Assembly: GCA_964491115.1 (NCBI GenBank)
Contig: CAZBEW010000002.1
Span: forward strand, 62 to 64,061
DNA: 64,000 nucleotides
Source: an uncultured Pseudomonadales bacterium
GTDB lineage: Bacteria; Patescibacteriota; Microgenomatia; UBA1400; PJMF01
Direction: 5' to 3'
The position numbers and the translations under genes are program-made. How positions within the stretch are numbered: position 1 is the first letter of the stretch; the number at the start of each line of letters is the position of its first letter. The notes under the pieces were generated by a model. That model ran no database searches, was not told the DNA's origin, and saw nothing but the letters and a program-made list of their open reading frames with translations. Positions 10,258 through 19,935 of the stretch are shown in pieces.

Positions 10258-11070
10258 TTATTTGTTAAAAAACTTATTAAGTTCTTTCTCAATATGATAT
10301 TCAATTTGATCATTGTCAACAATGTCTCTCAACTTAATTGTTGCAGGATATAAATTGTTAAAACCCCATGTGATTAGAAAATTGTTATCTTGTAATTCTT
10401 TGGCATATAACCTCAGTTCCATTCTCTTTTTACTTTTATATATTTTAACGTTGCCAAGAGCGCTATCAATATAATTGTTCACAAAAACTGATGTAGAAGA
10501 TGACTTTTTTATAGTTAATGTATTAATAGCTTCTTGATTTATTTTAGCGATTGATAAATGAATGTTGTTGCCAGCTCTGATAAAAATAAAATAGAATATT
10601 TTTTTTAAATTAAAATCTAAAAGTGGTTGTTTTAATTTTTCTAGCAAAATTTTTTGCCAACCTACTAGAATTTTTTCATACTCTTGATTTTCAAATGCCT
10701 GATCTAGTGTTTTTCCAAATCCCTTGAAATTTTGTCCCAACGAAGTTTCATTGGTTTGGGAACTAATTAAGTTGCCCTGTTTATCCACTTTTGCTGAGAC
10801 AAATTTAACATCCACTCCATAATCATTAATTTTAAAAGCATCAATTGGATAATTGCCCGATCCTATTGGCTCTAAATCACAGCCCTGGACTATCCATTGT
10901 TCTAAAAATTCCTTAGTTATTTGAATGTCATTATTTTTTTTATTTATGGTTAGAGATTCTGGTTGAGAAAACGCTACCTTTTTTAATAAATAGTTAATAA
11001 CCTTGTAGGCCTTATGATCTATCAATTCAAGCATTTCTTTTTTAGATAAAAAATCCATTACATAAATCAT
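10258..11070 (-). CDS. Probable type II restriction endonuclease
   Basis: Convergent with and abutting the MTase; PID...GVDVK PD-(D/E)xK-like motif; very AT-rich. Confidence 0.65.
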   Translation of the reverse strand: MIYVMDFLSKKEMLELIDHKAYKVINYLLKKVAFSQPESLTINKKNNDIQITKEFLEQWIVQGCDLEPIGSGNYPIDAFKINDYGVDVKFVSAKVDKQGNLISSQTNETSLGQNFKGFGKTLDQAFENQEYEKILVGWQKILLEKLKQPLLDFNLKKIFYFIFIRAGNNIHLSIAKINQEAINTLTIKKSSSTSVFVNNYIDSALGNVKIYKSKKRMELRLYAKELQDNNFLITWGFNNLYPATIKLRDIVDNDQIEYHIEKELNKFFNK

Positions 11071-11196
11071 AAAGCTCCTAAATAGAACCCAAAGTGTTTA
11101 TACTGTATTATAACTCTAATTAATCAAATCGGGTAATTTTTAAACACACTCTTTTTCTTCTAAAGAAGATTGTTAAACTTATTTAACTATAATTTT

Positions 11197-11355
11197 TCAC
11201 CCTCTCTCCCAATCCAATTCATCAATTAAGCTCTCGGCATTGTCTAGTTCGCCTTGGTCGATTAATTCCTCAATTTCAGCACTTTCATCATCCGTCAGCA
11301 ACTCTTCTATATCTCCCAGCCTTGATACCAGCTCATCTTGTCTTTCTACATCCAT
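11197..11355 (-). CDS. 52-aa hyper-acidic peptide (not in ORF track)
   Basis: MDVERQDELVSRLGDIEELLTDDESAEIEELIDQGELDNAESLIDELDWERG; 21 D/E versus 3 R; TATAAT 6 nt upstream on the minus strand. Confidence 0.7.
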   Translation of the reverse strand: MDVERQDELVSRLGDIEELLTDDESAEIEELIDQGELDNAESLIDELDWERG

Positions 11356-11377
11356 TCTTTAATTATATAATCAAACT

Positions 11378-12880
11378 ATGACCATTTCCAAATCCGACTA
11401 CATGCTTTTTCTGCGCCACCCGGCTTGGTTGTGGCTTAAAAAACACCAGCCCCAGCGCTTGCCCGAAGCCGATGCCAATCTCCAGGCCATTTTTGCCAGT
11501 GGCCAGCAATTTGAGGCTTATGCGGAACAGCTCTTTCTTGGGGCAGTTAAATTGGGTTTTGCTGGTTATGATCAATATTTGCGCTTGCCAGAGAAAACTC
11601 AAGCCTTAATTGACCAGCACACTCCCTGTATTTTGCAGGGGAGGCTAGAAGTTGATGGTTTGACTTGCATTTTTGATGTGTTGGAGCGGGTGGATGAACA
11701 GACTTTTAATTTAATTGAAATAAAATCTGGCACTAAGGTAAAAGATACCCATCTTTACGATTTAGCTTTTCAAAGCTTGATTTTAGAGCGTTTGGGCTGG
11801 CAGGTGGGGGAGATCAGTGTTGTGCATGCTGACAGAGACTATGTGCGCCAAGGGGAAATTGATCCCGAGCAATTATGCAGTCGCAGTGAGATCACTCAAG
11901 AGGTTAAAGCCCTTTTGCCACAAACTAAAGACTTAGTTGAGCTAGCCAAGACTGTGCTCAAACAGCCACAGCCGCCTTCTTTTTCACCTAGTTTAGCCAA
12001 TTTAATTGGGGTAAAAGAGACCAACTGGCTCCAAGAGTGGTTGGCCATTTATTCGCAGCTTCATCCTGATTTAGCTAAATACAATATTTATCAGCTAGCT
12101 GGAGCAAAAGCCGAGCAATTGGGCAAATTAGAGAAGCAGGGGATTCAGCTCTTAGCCGATATTCCTGACGAATTAGCCATAACCACCAAACAAAAGTTGC
12201 AAATCCAGACAACGCGGACTGGCCAACCCTTGATTAATCAGTCGGCAGTTAAGGATTTTTTAGCCAGCTTGCACTATCCTTTATATTTTTTAGATTATGA
12301 AACGATGAATGCCGTCATTCCTTTTTTTGACGGGATGAGGCCTTATCAAGATTATCCTTTTCAGTATTCCTTGCATTTATTAAGGGAGCCTGGCGGCAAA
12401 GTAGAGCATTTTGCCTATTTGCATCAAGCCAAGAGCAATCCTTTGCCAGGATTAATCGCTCAATTAAAGCAAGAATTGGGCGAGCAGGGCAGTATTCTCA
12501 CCTGGAATATGAGCTATGAAAAGGGCTGTCATCAACGCATGGCTGATTTTTATCCAGAGGAGGCGGAGTTTTTTGAGCAAGTTAATGAACGCATCGTGGA
12601 TTTGATGACTGTCTTTAAAAACTTGGATTTTGTCGATCGAGATTTTATGGGCAGTGCTAGTTTGAAATATGTTTTACCCGTTTTAGCTCCCGAATTAAGC
12701 TACGCTGATTTAAATGTTGGCGATGGTTTGTTCGCTAGACGGCTGTGGATAGCCACTATTTTGCTGGGTAAAAATAAGCGGGATAAAGAGGCAATTTTAC
12801 AAGATTTGATGGATTATTGTACTCTAGATACCTACGGCATGGTTCGGATTTTAGAGGTGTTGGAGAAGGTGGCGGAGTGA
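11378..12880 (+). CDS. DUF2779 protein (Cas4-like PD-(D/E)xK nuclease plus DnaQ-like domain)
   Basis: ISKSDY..HPAWLWL; FDVL...LIEIKS; LYFLDYET; PFQYS; YCTLDT. Confidence 0.85.
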   Translation: MTISKSDYMLFLRHPAWLWLKKHQPQRLPEADANLQAIFASGQQFEAYAEQLFLGAVKLGFAGYDQYLRLPEKTQALIDQHTPCILQGRLEVDGLTCIFDVLERVDEQTFNLIEIKSGTKVKDTHLYDLAFQSLILERLGWQVGEISVVHADRDYVRQGEIDPEQLCSRSEITQEVKALLPQTKDLVELAKTVLKQPQPPSFSPSLANLIGVKETNWLQEWLAIYSQLHPDLAKYNIYQLAGAKAEQLGKLEKQGIQLLADIPDELAITTKQKLQIQTTRTGQPLINQSAVKDFLASLHYPLYFLDYETMNAVIPFFDGMRPYQDYPFQYSLHLLREPGGKVEHFAYLHQAKSNPLPGLIAQLKQELGEQGSILTWNMSYEKGCHQRMADFYPEEAEFFEQVNERIVDLMTVFKNLDFVDRDFMGSASLKYVLPVLAPELSYADLNVGDGLFARRLWIATILLGKNKRDKEAILQDLMDYCTLDTYGMVRILEVLEKVAE

Positions 12881-13070
12881 GAATAAAGAGCTGTGCAAAG
12901 TAGCAACAATCATAGCTAATTTTTTACAATTGTTAGTTTTTGGATAATCGCTTTGCGTTTCTTTTTGCAAATTTTAGTTTTCCTATGCAAATTTTAGCTT
13001 TCCTAGCACACAAACATAAAGTTATCATAAAGTTTTTCTAAAAACTTGTAATTATGCTACACTAAACTTA

Positions 13071-14009
13071 GTGCCAAAGCCTACACCTGCTCTAGTTATT
13101 CATGCCCTTGTTCTTTCTTTAAGTATTTTAGCTTTTTATGTTTTTTGCTTTGCAGTTGCTGACCGTCAACTGATTTTTCTTTACAATCATATGGGCTATG
13201 GGCCTTTGGCAGACTTTAATATATCTCGACACTGGATGACTGGTTTGGTAGTGGGGGGTTGGCTTTTAATTTCTTATTTACCCATTAATTTAATTCTGCA
13301 GAAAGTATATAAAAAATATCAATTTCCAGATTGGGCAAATTTAAGCTGCTATGTATGTTTATTTTTATCTTTACCTTTATTTTTCTTGCTTAATTTTATT
13401 GTTGAGCCGGTTTTGCCTTTTTTGCTTAATTTAACTATTTTTTTCATTTTATTTTTAAGTGTGCGCCTGGTTTTATATTTAACTCATCTCGCTCTCAAAA
13501 ATTTTAAAGACTTTTTCTGGCTGACGATCGACGCTTGTTCGCTCTTGCCCGTGCTTTTTATTTTGCCGATCTTAACGCAATTTGGTCTTAGGCGCTCTTT
13601 TCCGCTTTTTGGCTTATTTCTTGTCTCACCGCTGGTGATGATGCTGCTGGCTGGCTTGTGCTTTGCTCTGATCACTTGGCTAACTAAGCGGGTTAAACGC
13701 ACTCAGCCTAGCTCTCTACAACTGTTCTTGTCGGCTTTAAGCAGTGCTTATCTATTTGTTCCTTTTGTGCACTATTTTTCGTCAAATCCTGGCGGAACTT
13801 TATATATTAGCAATAGTGATAACTTTTTTGCGAATAATCCGCTTATTCAAATTGCTAGTTATATATTAGTGTTGGTCTTGCTCAAAGTTTTTAGCAAGTG
13901 GCGAGGGCAAGAGAAGAGCGATGATTTTAAAGCCACGCTTAAACTATTTTTGCTTTTACTTGGCTTGGTTTTGTATATTTTTGGCTTGCGCCAGCTTTTA
14001 AGCACTTAA
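13071..14009 (+). CDS. Multi-pass membrane protein, unknown function
   Basis: About 9 hydrophobic segments; TACACT 7 nt before GTG. Confidence 0.75.
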   Translation: MPKPTPALVIHALVLSLSILAFYVFCFAVADRQLIFLYNHMGYGPLADFNISRHWMTGLVVGGWLLISYLPINLILQKVYKKYQFPDWANLSCYVCLFLSLPLFFLLNFIVEPVLPFLLNLTIFFILFLSVRLVLYLTHLALKNFKDFFWLTIDACSLLPVLFILPILTQFGLRRSFPLFGLFLVSPLVMMLLAGLCFALITWLTKRVKRTQPSSLQLFLSALSSAYLFVPFVHYFSSNPGGTLYISNSDNFFANNPLIQIASYILVLVLLKVFSKWRGQEKSDDFKATLKLFLLLLGLVLYIFGLRQLLST

Positions 14010-14074
14010 TGTTTTTACTTGAAAAGGCTAATTTTTCGGCTTATGATGAATATATAGATTAATTGAAAGTAATT

Positions 14075-15028
14075 ATGCCCAAAACTGCCTCTAAACAACC
14101 CTCTAAACAGTCCTCTAAACGCCCCTCTCAACAGCCAATGCTGCGCTTCTCTTATGTTTTCTTTTTTATTATTGCTTTAGCCATTTTAGCTTTAGCGCTA
14201 ACTTATAAAAATATTACTCGACAGTCAGCAACAAATGGCATTCTCCTGCTCATTGAAACGACCGGCGATATTACTGGTTATTATAAGTGGGAAGAAACTT
14301 TGGACGCTAAAAATTATAAGGCGATTGTTCAACCGGATAGAGTAGTGTTGGAGGCTTATCCAGACTATTTTCGTCATTTAGCGGCCAAAGGTTATGAAGT
14401 GGCAACTGTTTATGGCGAGGCGCCTTTTTGGCACATGCCTTATGAGAAACAATACGCGATTATGAAAGAATATAAAGAATCGGCAGAGGCGATTTTGCAG
14501 CAACCGATTAAAATTTTTGCTTCTAAATATTTTGCTTATGATGAAAATACCCTCAAGGCAGCCGATGCTTTGGGCATTCCCTATGTGCTAGGGCGGGGAT
14601 GTGGTGTTGAAGCCGTCATCTATACCCCCCAGGAGTATCAGGCGCGGATTTTGTTGGTGTCAAATTTAGTTTTTGGCGAGATGGGTTCGGGTTCGCTTTG
14701 TGATGTTAGTTTGTATCAACGTGGTTCGCTAACTGAAGACTTTGCTCAACTTTTACAAGAAAGTCTTGATCAACAGCCGCAGGATATGGTTTTAGTATCT
14801 CACGTTTATATTGGCGGCACTCGGCTTGACTGGTGGAATATTTATGAGCAGGCACTTAATTCCAGGCAAGTGAAGTGGCAAAGTTTTGACCAGTGGGCCA
14901 GCATAGCCAAAACTATTAGTTTGCCTTACGCGGAAATTCCCTTTAACGACGAAGTGAAATATGTCGATCCAAAGCCAGCTATGCCTTTGGAAGAGATGGA
15001 ACTCTTGCCAGAATTAAAGAAAAATTAA
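14075..15028 (+). CDS. Membrane-anchored polysaccharide-deacetylase-like (NodB fold) protein
   Basis: N-terminal TM; YPDYFRHLAAKGYEV, YDENTLKAADALGIPY resemble CE4; metal ligands look degenerate. Confidence 0.6.
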   Translation: MPKTASKQPSKQSSKRPSQQPMLRFSYVFFFIIALAILALALTYKNITRQSATNGILLLIETTGDITGYYKWEETLDAKNYKAIVQPDRVVLEAYPDYFRHLAAKGYEVATVYGEAPFWHMPYEKQYAIMKEYKESAEAILQQPIKIFASKYFAYDENTLKAADALGIPYVLGRGCGVEAVIYTPQEYQARILLVSNLVFGEMGSGSLCDVSLYQRGSLTEDFAQLLQESLDQQPQDMVLVSHVYIGGTRLDWWNIYEQALNSRQVKWQSFDQWASIAKTISLPYAEIPFNDEVKYVDPKPAMPLEEMELLPELKKN

Positions 15029-15050
15029 GCATTATTATTGGGATTTTTTC

Positions 15051-16457
15051 CTACTCCATCATTTTTATAAATTCTTCTTCTTTTCCAGCAAAAAATTGTA
15101 GTAAATTGTCTATATGCCATTGGTCATTTTTATTAAAGTACATGTCCTCAGCTAATTGGGGGTCGAGCTTGAAAGTTCTAATAAAACTAAGCCATTTCAT
15201 ACTATGTTTTGTTCCAGCTAAAACAAGTGACATACCAAAAGCATTTGCCCCTTTTTCTCTAAAAGCAGCTTTGGCAGTGTAATAATGAGTAGCAGCCTCA
15301 TCCAATCCTGTTAGAAAGTTGGTGTCTCCACTAAGAATGTGCAAACACTCGTGGTAAACAATTGACCAGAGTACCTGCTCTGTCAATTCTGCTAATAAAT
15401 CTTCTTTTGATTGATTTTTATCATCCACAAACTGCGGATTTATTGCTTCATCGGTGCTGTTGTAAGAATAGGGAATGTATTGAGCTATAAGATTGATCAT
15501 TCCCTGTTGATCGTCTGGTAGAGTAAAATTCTCTCTTTTGATTAAGTGATAAATTTTTATAAATACTGGATTGAGAATCTTTTCCATTATCAATTCTTGA
15601 TTAAATAGAATTAAACCTTGTCTTAAAGTTCTAGCGTAACTTGAATGCTGAACTACCTCATTAGAGTAAGTGTTAGCAAAAGTTTCATAATCATCATTAT
15701 TGAGGAAAAACGCTTGCTTGTTAGTAAGGGTATTAAAAAATATTTGCGATTGCTCACTAGCTTTGGCGAAAAAATCATGAGCTACACAGGCTGAAGCGTC
15801 TTGAAAAATCTTTTGCCTATCTAAGCCAGCAATTTCGGGCATTTCATTGAAATTACTTTGTATCTCATAGGCATAAGAAGCAGTTCGTTCTTTATATGCA
15901 GTATTACTAAAATCATCTTCTAGCTCCTGACCCGTTTCTTCCTGCCCCTTTTCTGTTAATTCACGGAAATATGGTAAAGAGATACTATTTAGACCAAGCA
16001 TGGCTGAATATTGAACATTATTTCCATTAAACTGAAAAATTTTAGGTAAAATTTGTTGGAGTTTTCCAGGATCAACACTGTTAAGCTTTAAACTATCATT
16101 TTTGGCAATTAGAAAATGCTCGGGACTTTTATCTGGTTCTTCAATGGCGATTAAAATGCCATCCTTATTTTTTTCAAAACTGATGCCTCCTACACTTTCA
16201 AAACTGTTGCCATCTTTGGTTTTTCTAACTAAAGGTTTATAAAAACCCATAGGCATACTCTGAAAATTTTTTTCCAGCAGTTGTCTGATAAGGTTGATTT
16301 GTGCAAGCTCAATTAAGCCTTCATTTTCAACAGTAAATAGTTTTGTTTCATCAAGAGGAGGGTAGATGTTTGCTGGATCAAGCGCTTGACGCTCTTGATC
16401 TAGATTGCTTTCCTGCTTAATAACTGTTTGCTCCTTATTTTCTTGTTTTATTTGCAT
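15051..16457 (-). CDS. Hypothetical protein with C-terminal zincin motif
   Basis: YHECLH followed by GLDEA (HExxH...E). Confidence 0.7.
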   Translation of the reverse strand: MQIKQENKEQTVIKQESNLDQERQALDPANIYPPLDETKLFTVENEGLIELAQINLIRQLLEKNFQSMPMGFYKPLVRKTKDGNSFESVGGISFEKNKDGILIAIEEPDKSPEHFLIAKNDSLKLNSVDPGKLQQILPKIFQFNGNNVQYSAMLGLNSISLPYFRELTEKGQEETGQELEDDFSNTAYKERTASYAYEIQSNFNEMPEIAGLDRQKIFQDASACVAHDFFAKASEQSQIFFNTLTNKQAFFLNNDDYETFANTYSNEVVQHSSYARTLRQGLILFNQELIMEKILNPVFIKIYHLIKRENFTLPDDQQGMINLIAQYIPYSYNSTDEAINPQFVDDKNQSKEDLLAELTEQVLWSIVYHECLHILSGDTNFLTGLDEAATHYYTAKAAFREKGANAFGMSLVLAGTKHSMKWLSFIRTFKLDPQLAEDMYFNKNDQWHIDNLLQFFAGKEEEFIKMME

Positions 16458-16565
16458 TTCTATAATCAATCTATTTGATTGGATGACATATTGCTAGCGC
16501 GATCGTATAAATCAACACTAATAAATCAATTCTCGCTATTTTAGCTGATTTTAGCCGACCAAAGA

Positions 16566-19500
16566 TTATTTCTTAAATTTATTCCTTAATTTTTGCACTA
16601 AGAAAATAACTATAGCAATGACAGCAAGGGCAGCTGAAAAGAGCAAGAGTGAACTACTGCTAGCCATGTTACTACCTTCATCCAGACCACCTAGACTATC
16701 CAGACTACCGGTCGTAGGTATGAAGTCACTTTGTGTGCTAGTTTCAAGCATTGTGTTTGAAATACTCATTTCCGCACTCTTCGTTACCCCCAGAAGGCCT
16801 GTTTTTAGCATGGCATTATCTATCATGATCATTGATTTTGGCACCATGCCAAAGTCTGGCCAAATATTCACCGAATTATTTTCATTCATTTCGGCATCTT
16901 GGAAACGACTATATCGTGCCATTTCTCGCTCTAAACTAGCCAATTGTTGTTGGTTAACTAGGGCTAGTAAAGAAGAGTAGGGACTAACTAAATTAGCCTG
17001 GCGTGCAGCCAGATCTAGCTGGTCAAGCTGGTTAATATTGCCCACCACTTCTTGATCTTGGTCTTGAACAAATTTCTTAAGCAGTCCTTTGTTGGCAATT
17101 TTGCCAAAAGCAGTGCTTCCACTAAAGAGATCACTGCTTAAATTACCCGATAAGCCCATGTATTCTAAGCTTAAATTTTGATTGAGATTTAAGGCGTTAT
17201 CCGTAATTTTCTCGGCTAAAGTTTTTTTAATTAAGAAATTTCGCAGCGCACTTTCAATGCTGGTGCTCGCTCCACCGCCAGTTTGCCACAGGCCGCTGGT
17301 CATTTCCATGTTGAGCGCTGGTAATTTTTCTTCACTAACCCAATAGACCATGCTGGGCTTGGAGAAGGGGAAATTCTTTAGTTGCGAGAAATCTATATCT
17401 TGACTGGTGACTAGCACTACCAGATCGTGTTGCGCCTTAATTTCTCCTAATTTACTAAAATCACTAACCTTAGAGAAGTGGATAGGTGCTAATAAATCCT
17501 TGAAGTTTTCGCTAGTGATTTTTTCTCCTTGGCTAACAACTTGATTGAATTTATAGAAATCTAGTTGAGCTTCATTTAACCAATTATTATCGCTTTTGCT
17601 TAAGAAGTCGGCAAATTTATCCAGGGTTTGATCGTCTTGATTGTTCGAGGAGGTATCATAGACGATGGCAATTCGATAATCTTTGAGTAAAGGTAAAAGC
17701 TCTTCAACATTGCCACAGGCAATTTTTTGCAATTCTGGATCATTGGCATGAAAAATCACCCGAGCAGTTCTCCCTGCTTCAACTAGGATATTCATTGTTT
17801 CTTGTTTTTGACATAAGTCTAAAACTTGTTCACTTGCCGCAGGTAACTCATTGAGCTCTTCTTTAAGATAGCTGATTTGCCCATCGTAAGAGAGAGTTAT
17901 TGAGCTTGAACCATCAACGAAAACATTTGATTCTTTGGTGTAGTGAGGCAAGGCAAAAACACCAGCGTTTTGAGCAATACTATAGCTAAAGGACACTTTT
18001 TGTCTTTGCCCTTGCAAAGTATTAAAATCATTATTTCCTGGGATAGGGAAGATTCTTAAACGATATTGATTGGGGCCAGTTTGTTCTAAAAGAGCTGGAT
18101 CGCGGTTTTGTCGTAATTGTTGCTCATAAACTTTTTGTGCAGCACCTTTAGGAGCAACAATGCCGGTAAATTCTAGATTTGGCCCAAGCTTGAGATCGTG
18201 GAAAGCTGCTTCATCTGGCAAATTAAACTCATAAATAATTTCTTGTTCTTGCCTGGTCTGATTTTGGTATTCTTCTTCAATGGTAATATTGGCTAATAAA
18301 CCATTAGCCTCGGTATTAACCGTGATTTCCCGATAAGTGAGCAGGACCTCTTTTTCATTTTCTTCTTCATTTTTATTTTTACTTTGAGAATTTTGCGAAT
18401 AATGAGGATAGCCGAATAAATATTCAAAATTATCTGTGAGAGTGTCTTGGTCTTCCCAGCTTTCCCAATAGACCAGTGGATAAGCTAAATTGGTAAAAGC
18501 AGATTGCAAGACTCGAGCGAAACCTTCATTTTCGAATACAATTCCATAGACGTCGACCAAAATCTCATTATCTTTGTCAAATAAATAATGATTGCGTGTT
18601 CTAATTTTGCGTTTGACGAGTTTTTGTAGTTTTTCTTCTTCATTAATCAGTGAGCTCGCGCTAGTTTCTTGAGTAAGATAATCAGCTTTTTGATCAAATT
18701 CAATCAGTTGAGTAAGTAAGCGATTATCTGGCCAGCGAAACAAACTAAGCAAAAATAAAGTAAAAGCAATCAGCCAGCCAAATGCTACTCGTTTGTCTGC
18801 TTTATGTTGTCCTAAAGATTCGATCAGCTTTTGTCGACTTTTTTCAAAAATTTTCCATAAAGTGCGTAAGCCAAGGAATGGTAGAGTACATGCTCCAAGA
18901 ATTAACAAAAAAATGGCAAAAGCCATACCAAGTTGCAGTGCGTGAGCCGGATAATTAGCAAAAGAGCCATAACTGATGTCGAAAAAAAAGTAGTCTTCTA
19001 AATACATTTTTGGTAAACCAATGACAACTATCGGTAAAAAGAAAGAAAATAATAAGGTGAAATAGGCAAGAAATAAGGTGCTGAATTGACTAAAAAAAGC
19101 CACAACTTTACTAGTTGCAGCTGATAATTCCACTTTAGCAAAGTGCACGTAGAGCAAAGGAGGAAGGCTGAGGAAAGCAATTATGCTTAATGCGGTGAAA
19201 AAAGTGACATAAGCAATTGAACTCGAGAGCCTTAATAAAATGGTAGCTAAAGGTAATTCAAAAAAGAAAAAGAATTTCGTCAAGTTGCCGCTTTGGCGGT
19301 GTAAACCTTTGCGCCAGACATAAATCACCGAGACGATAGGTAATAAGAAAGTGGCCAGAAGAGTCAAGGTTTGTACCCATTCAATATTTTTAATAAGTGA
19401 CATAAAATCTTGATTGATAAACAGTGTTGCAAGCATTGACAGGTTAAAAAAGATGAAATAAATATTGTAGGCCCAAAAAAGGAACTTGCCCAGAAAGCCA

Positions 19501-19835
19501 AAACCCTTGCTTTTGGCTTTTTTTATTAGCTCGCGTCCATCATTGGGCTGATTGCTGATGTTGCTTTGCCCTTGAGCAATTTTGTCAATTAAAATTTTTT
19601 GTGCCAGTTGATTAGCCTCTTGAGAAAACTTTGCAGAACCCACATCATTATCTCCAGCAAAAATTTTGATTAAGCCAGTGTCCTCATCAATTAAAACAGC
19701 AGTGCCAATAGCTGCTTTGGGATTTTGTTCTCGATAAAGAGCGATAATTGCCTGTTTAATCTCGGCCATTAAACTCGAGCGAGAAAGACCTGTTTTACTT
19801 GCTAGATCCATTAGTTGGGAAAAACTATTTGACAT
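16566..19835 (-). CDS. Integral membrane VIT-domain protein (TIGR02921-like) with N-terminal NusA-NTD-like domain
   Basis: Multiple TMs; VIT-like EEEYQNQT..QEIIYEFNLP..A..L.LG...APKGAAQKVYE...RDPALLEQ.GP.QYRLRIFPIP; VSPYSSLLALV; C-terminal TM plus basic tail. Confidence 0.8.
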   Translation of the reverse strand: MSNSFSQLMDLASKTGLSRSSLMAEIKQAIIALYREQNPKAAIGTAVLIDEDTGLIKIFAGDNDVGSAKFSQEANQLAQKILIDKIAQGQSNISNQPNDGRELIKKAKSKGFGFLGKFLFWAYNIYFIFFNLSMLATLFINQDFMSLIKNIEWVQTLTLLATFLLPIVSVIYVWRKGLHRQSGNLTKFFFFFELPLATILLRLSSSIAYVTFFTALSIIAFLSLPPLLYVHFAKVELSAATSKVVAFFSQFSTLFLAYFTLLFSFFLPIVVIGLPKMYLEDYFFFDISYGSFANYPAHALQLGMAFAIFLLILGACTLPFLGLRTLWKIFEKSRQKLIESLGQHKADKRVAFGWLIAFTLFLLSLFRWPDNRLLTQLIEFDQKADYLTQETSASSLINEEEKLQKLVKRKIRTRNHYLFDKDNEILVDVYGIVFENEGFARVLQSAFTNLAYPLVYWESWEDQDTLTDNFEYLFGYPHYSQNSQSKNKNEEENEKEVLLTYREITVNTEANGLLANITIEEEYQNQTRQEQEIIYEFNLPDEAAFHDLKLGPNLEFTGIVAPKGAAQKVYEQQLRQNRDPALLEQTGPNQYRLRIFPIPGNNDFNTLQGQRQKVSFSYSIAQNAGVFALPHYTKESNVFVDGSSSITLSYDGQISYLKEELNELPAASEQVLDLCQKQETMNILVEAGRTARVIFHANDPELQKIACGNVEELLPLLKDYRIAIVYDTSSNNQDDQTLDKFADFLSKSDNNWLNEAQLDFYKFNQVVSQGEKITSENFKDLLAPIHFSKVSDFSKLGEIKAQHDLVVLVTSQDIDFSQLKNFPFSKPSMVYWVSEEKLPALNMEMTSGLWQTGGGASTSIESALRNFLIKKTLAEKITDNALNLNQNLSLEYMGLSGNLSSDLFSGSTAFGKIANKGLLKKFVQDQDQEVVGNINQLDQLDLAARQANLVSPYSSLLALVNQQQLASLEREMARYSRFQDAEMNENNSVNIWPDFGMVPKSMIMIDNAMLKTGLLGVTKSAEMSISNTMLETSTQSDFIPTTGSLDSLGGLDEGSNMASSSSLLLFSAALAVIAIVIFLVQKLRNKFKK

Positions 19836-19935
19836 ATATAAATAGTATATTGACTTTAAAAGCAAATAACAAGAATTGTTTAAAAATTGGGAGTTTTTGC
19901 TAAATCGATCAATCTTTTTAGATCGGCAAATCTTT

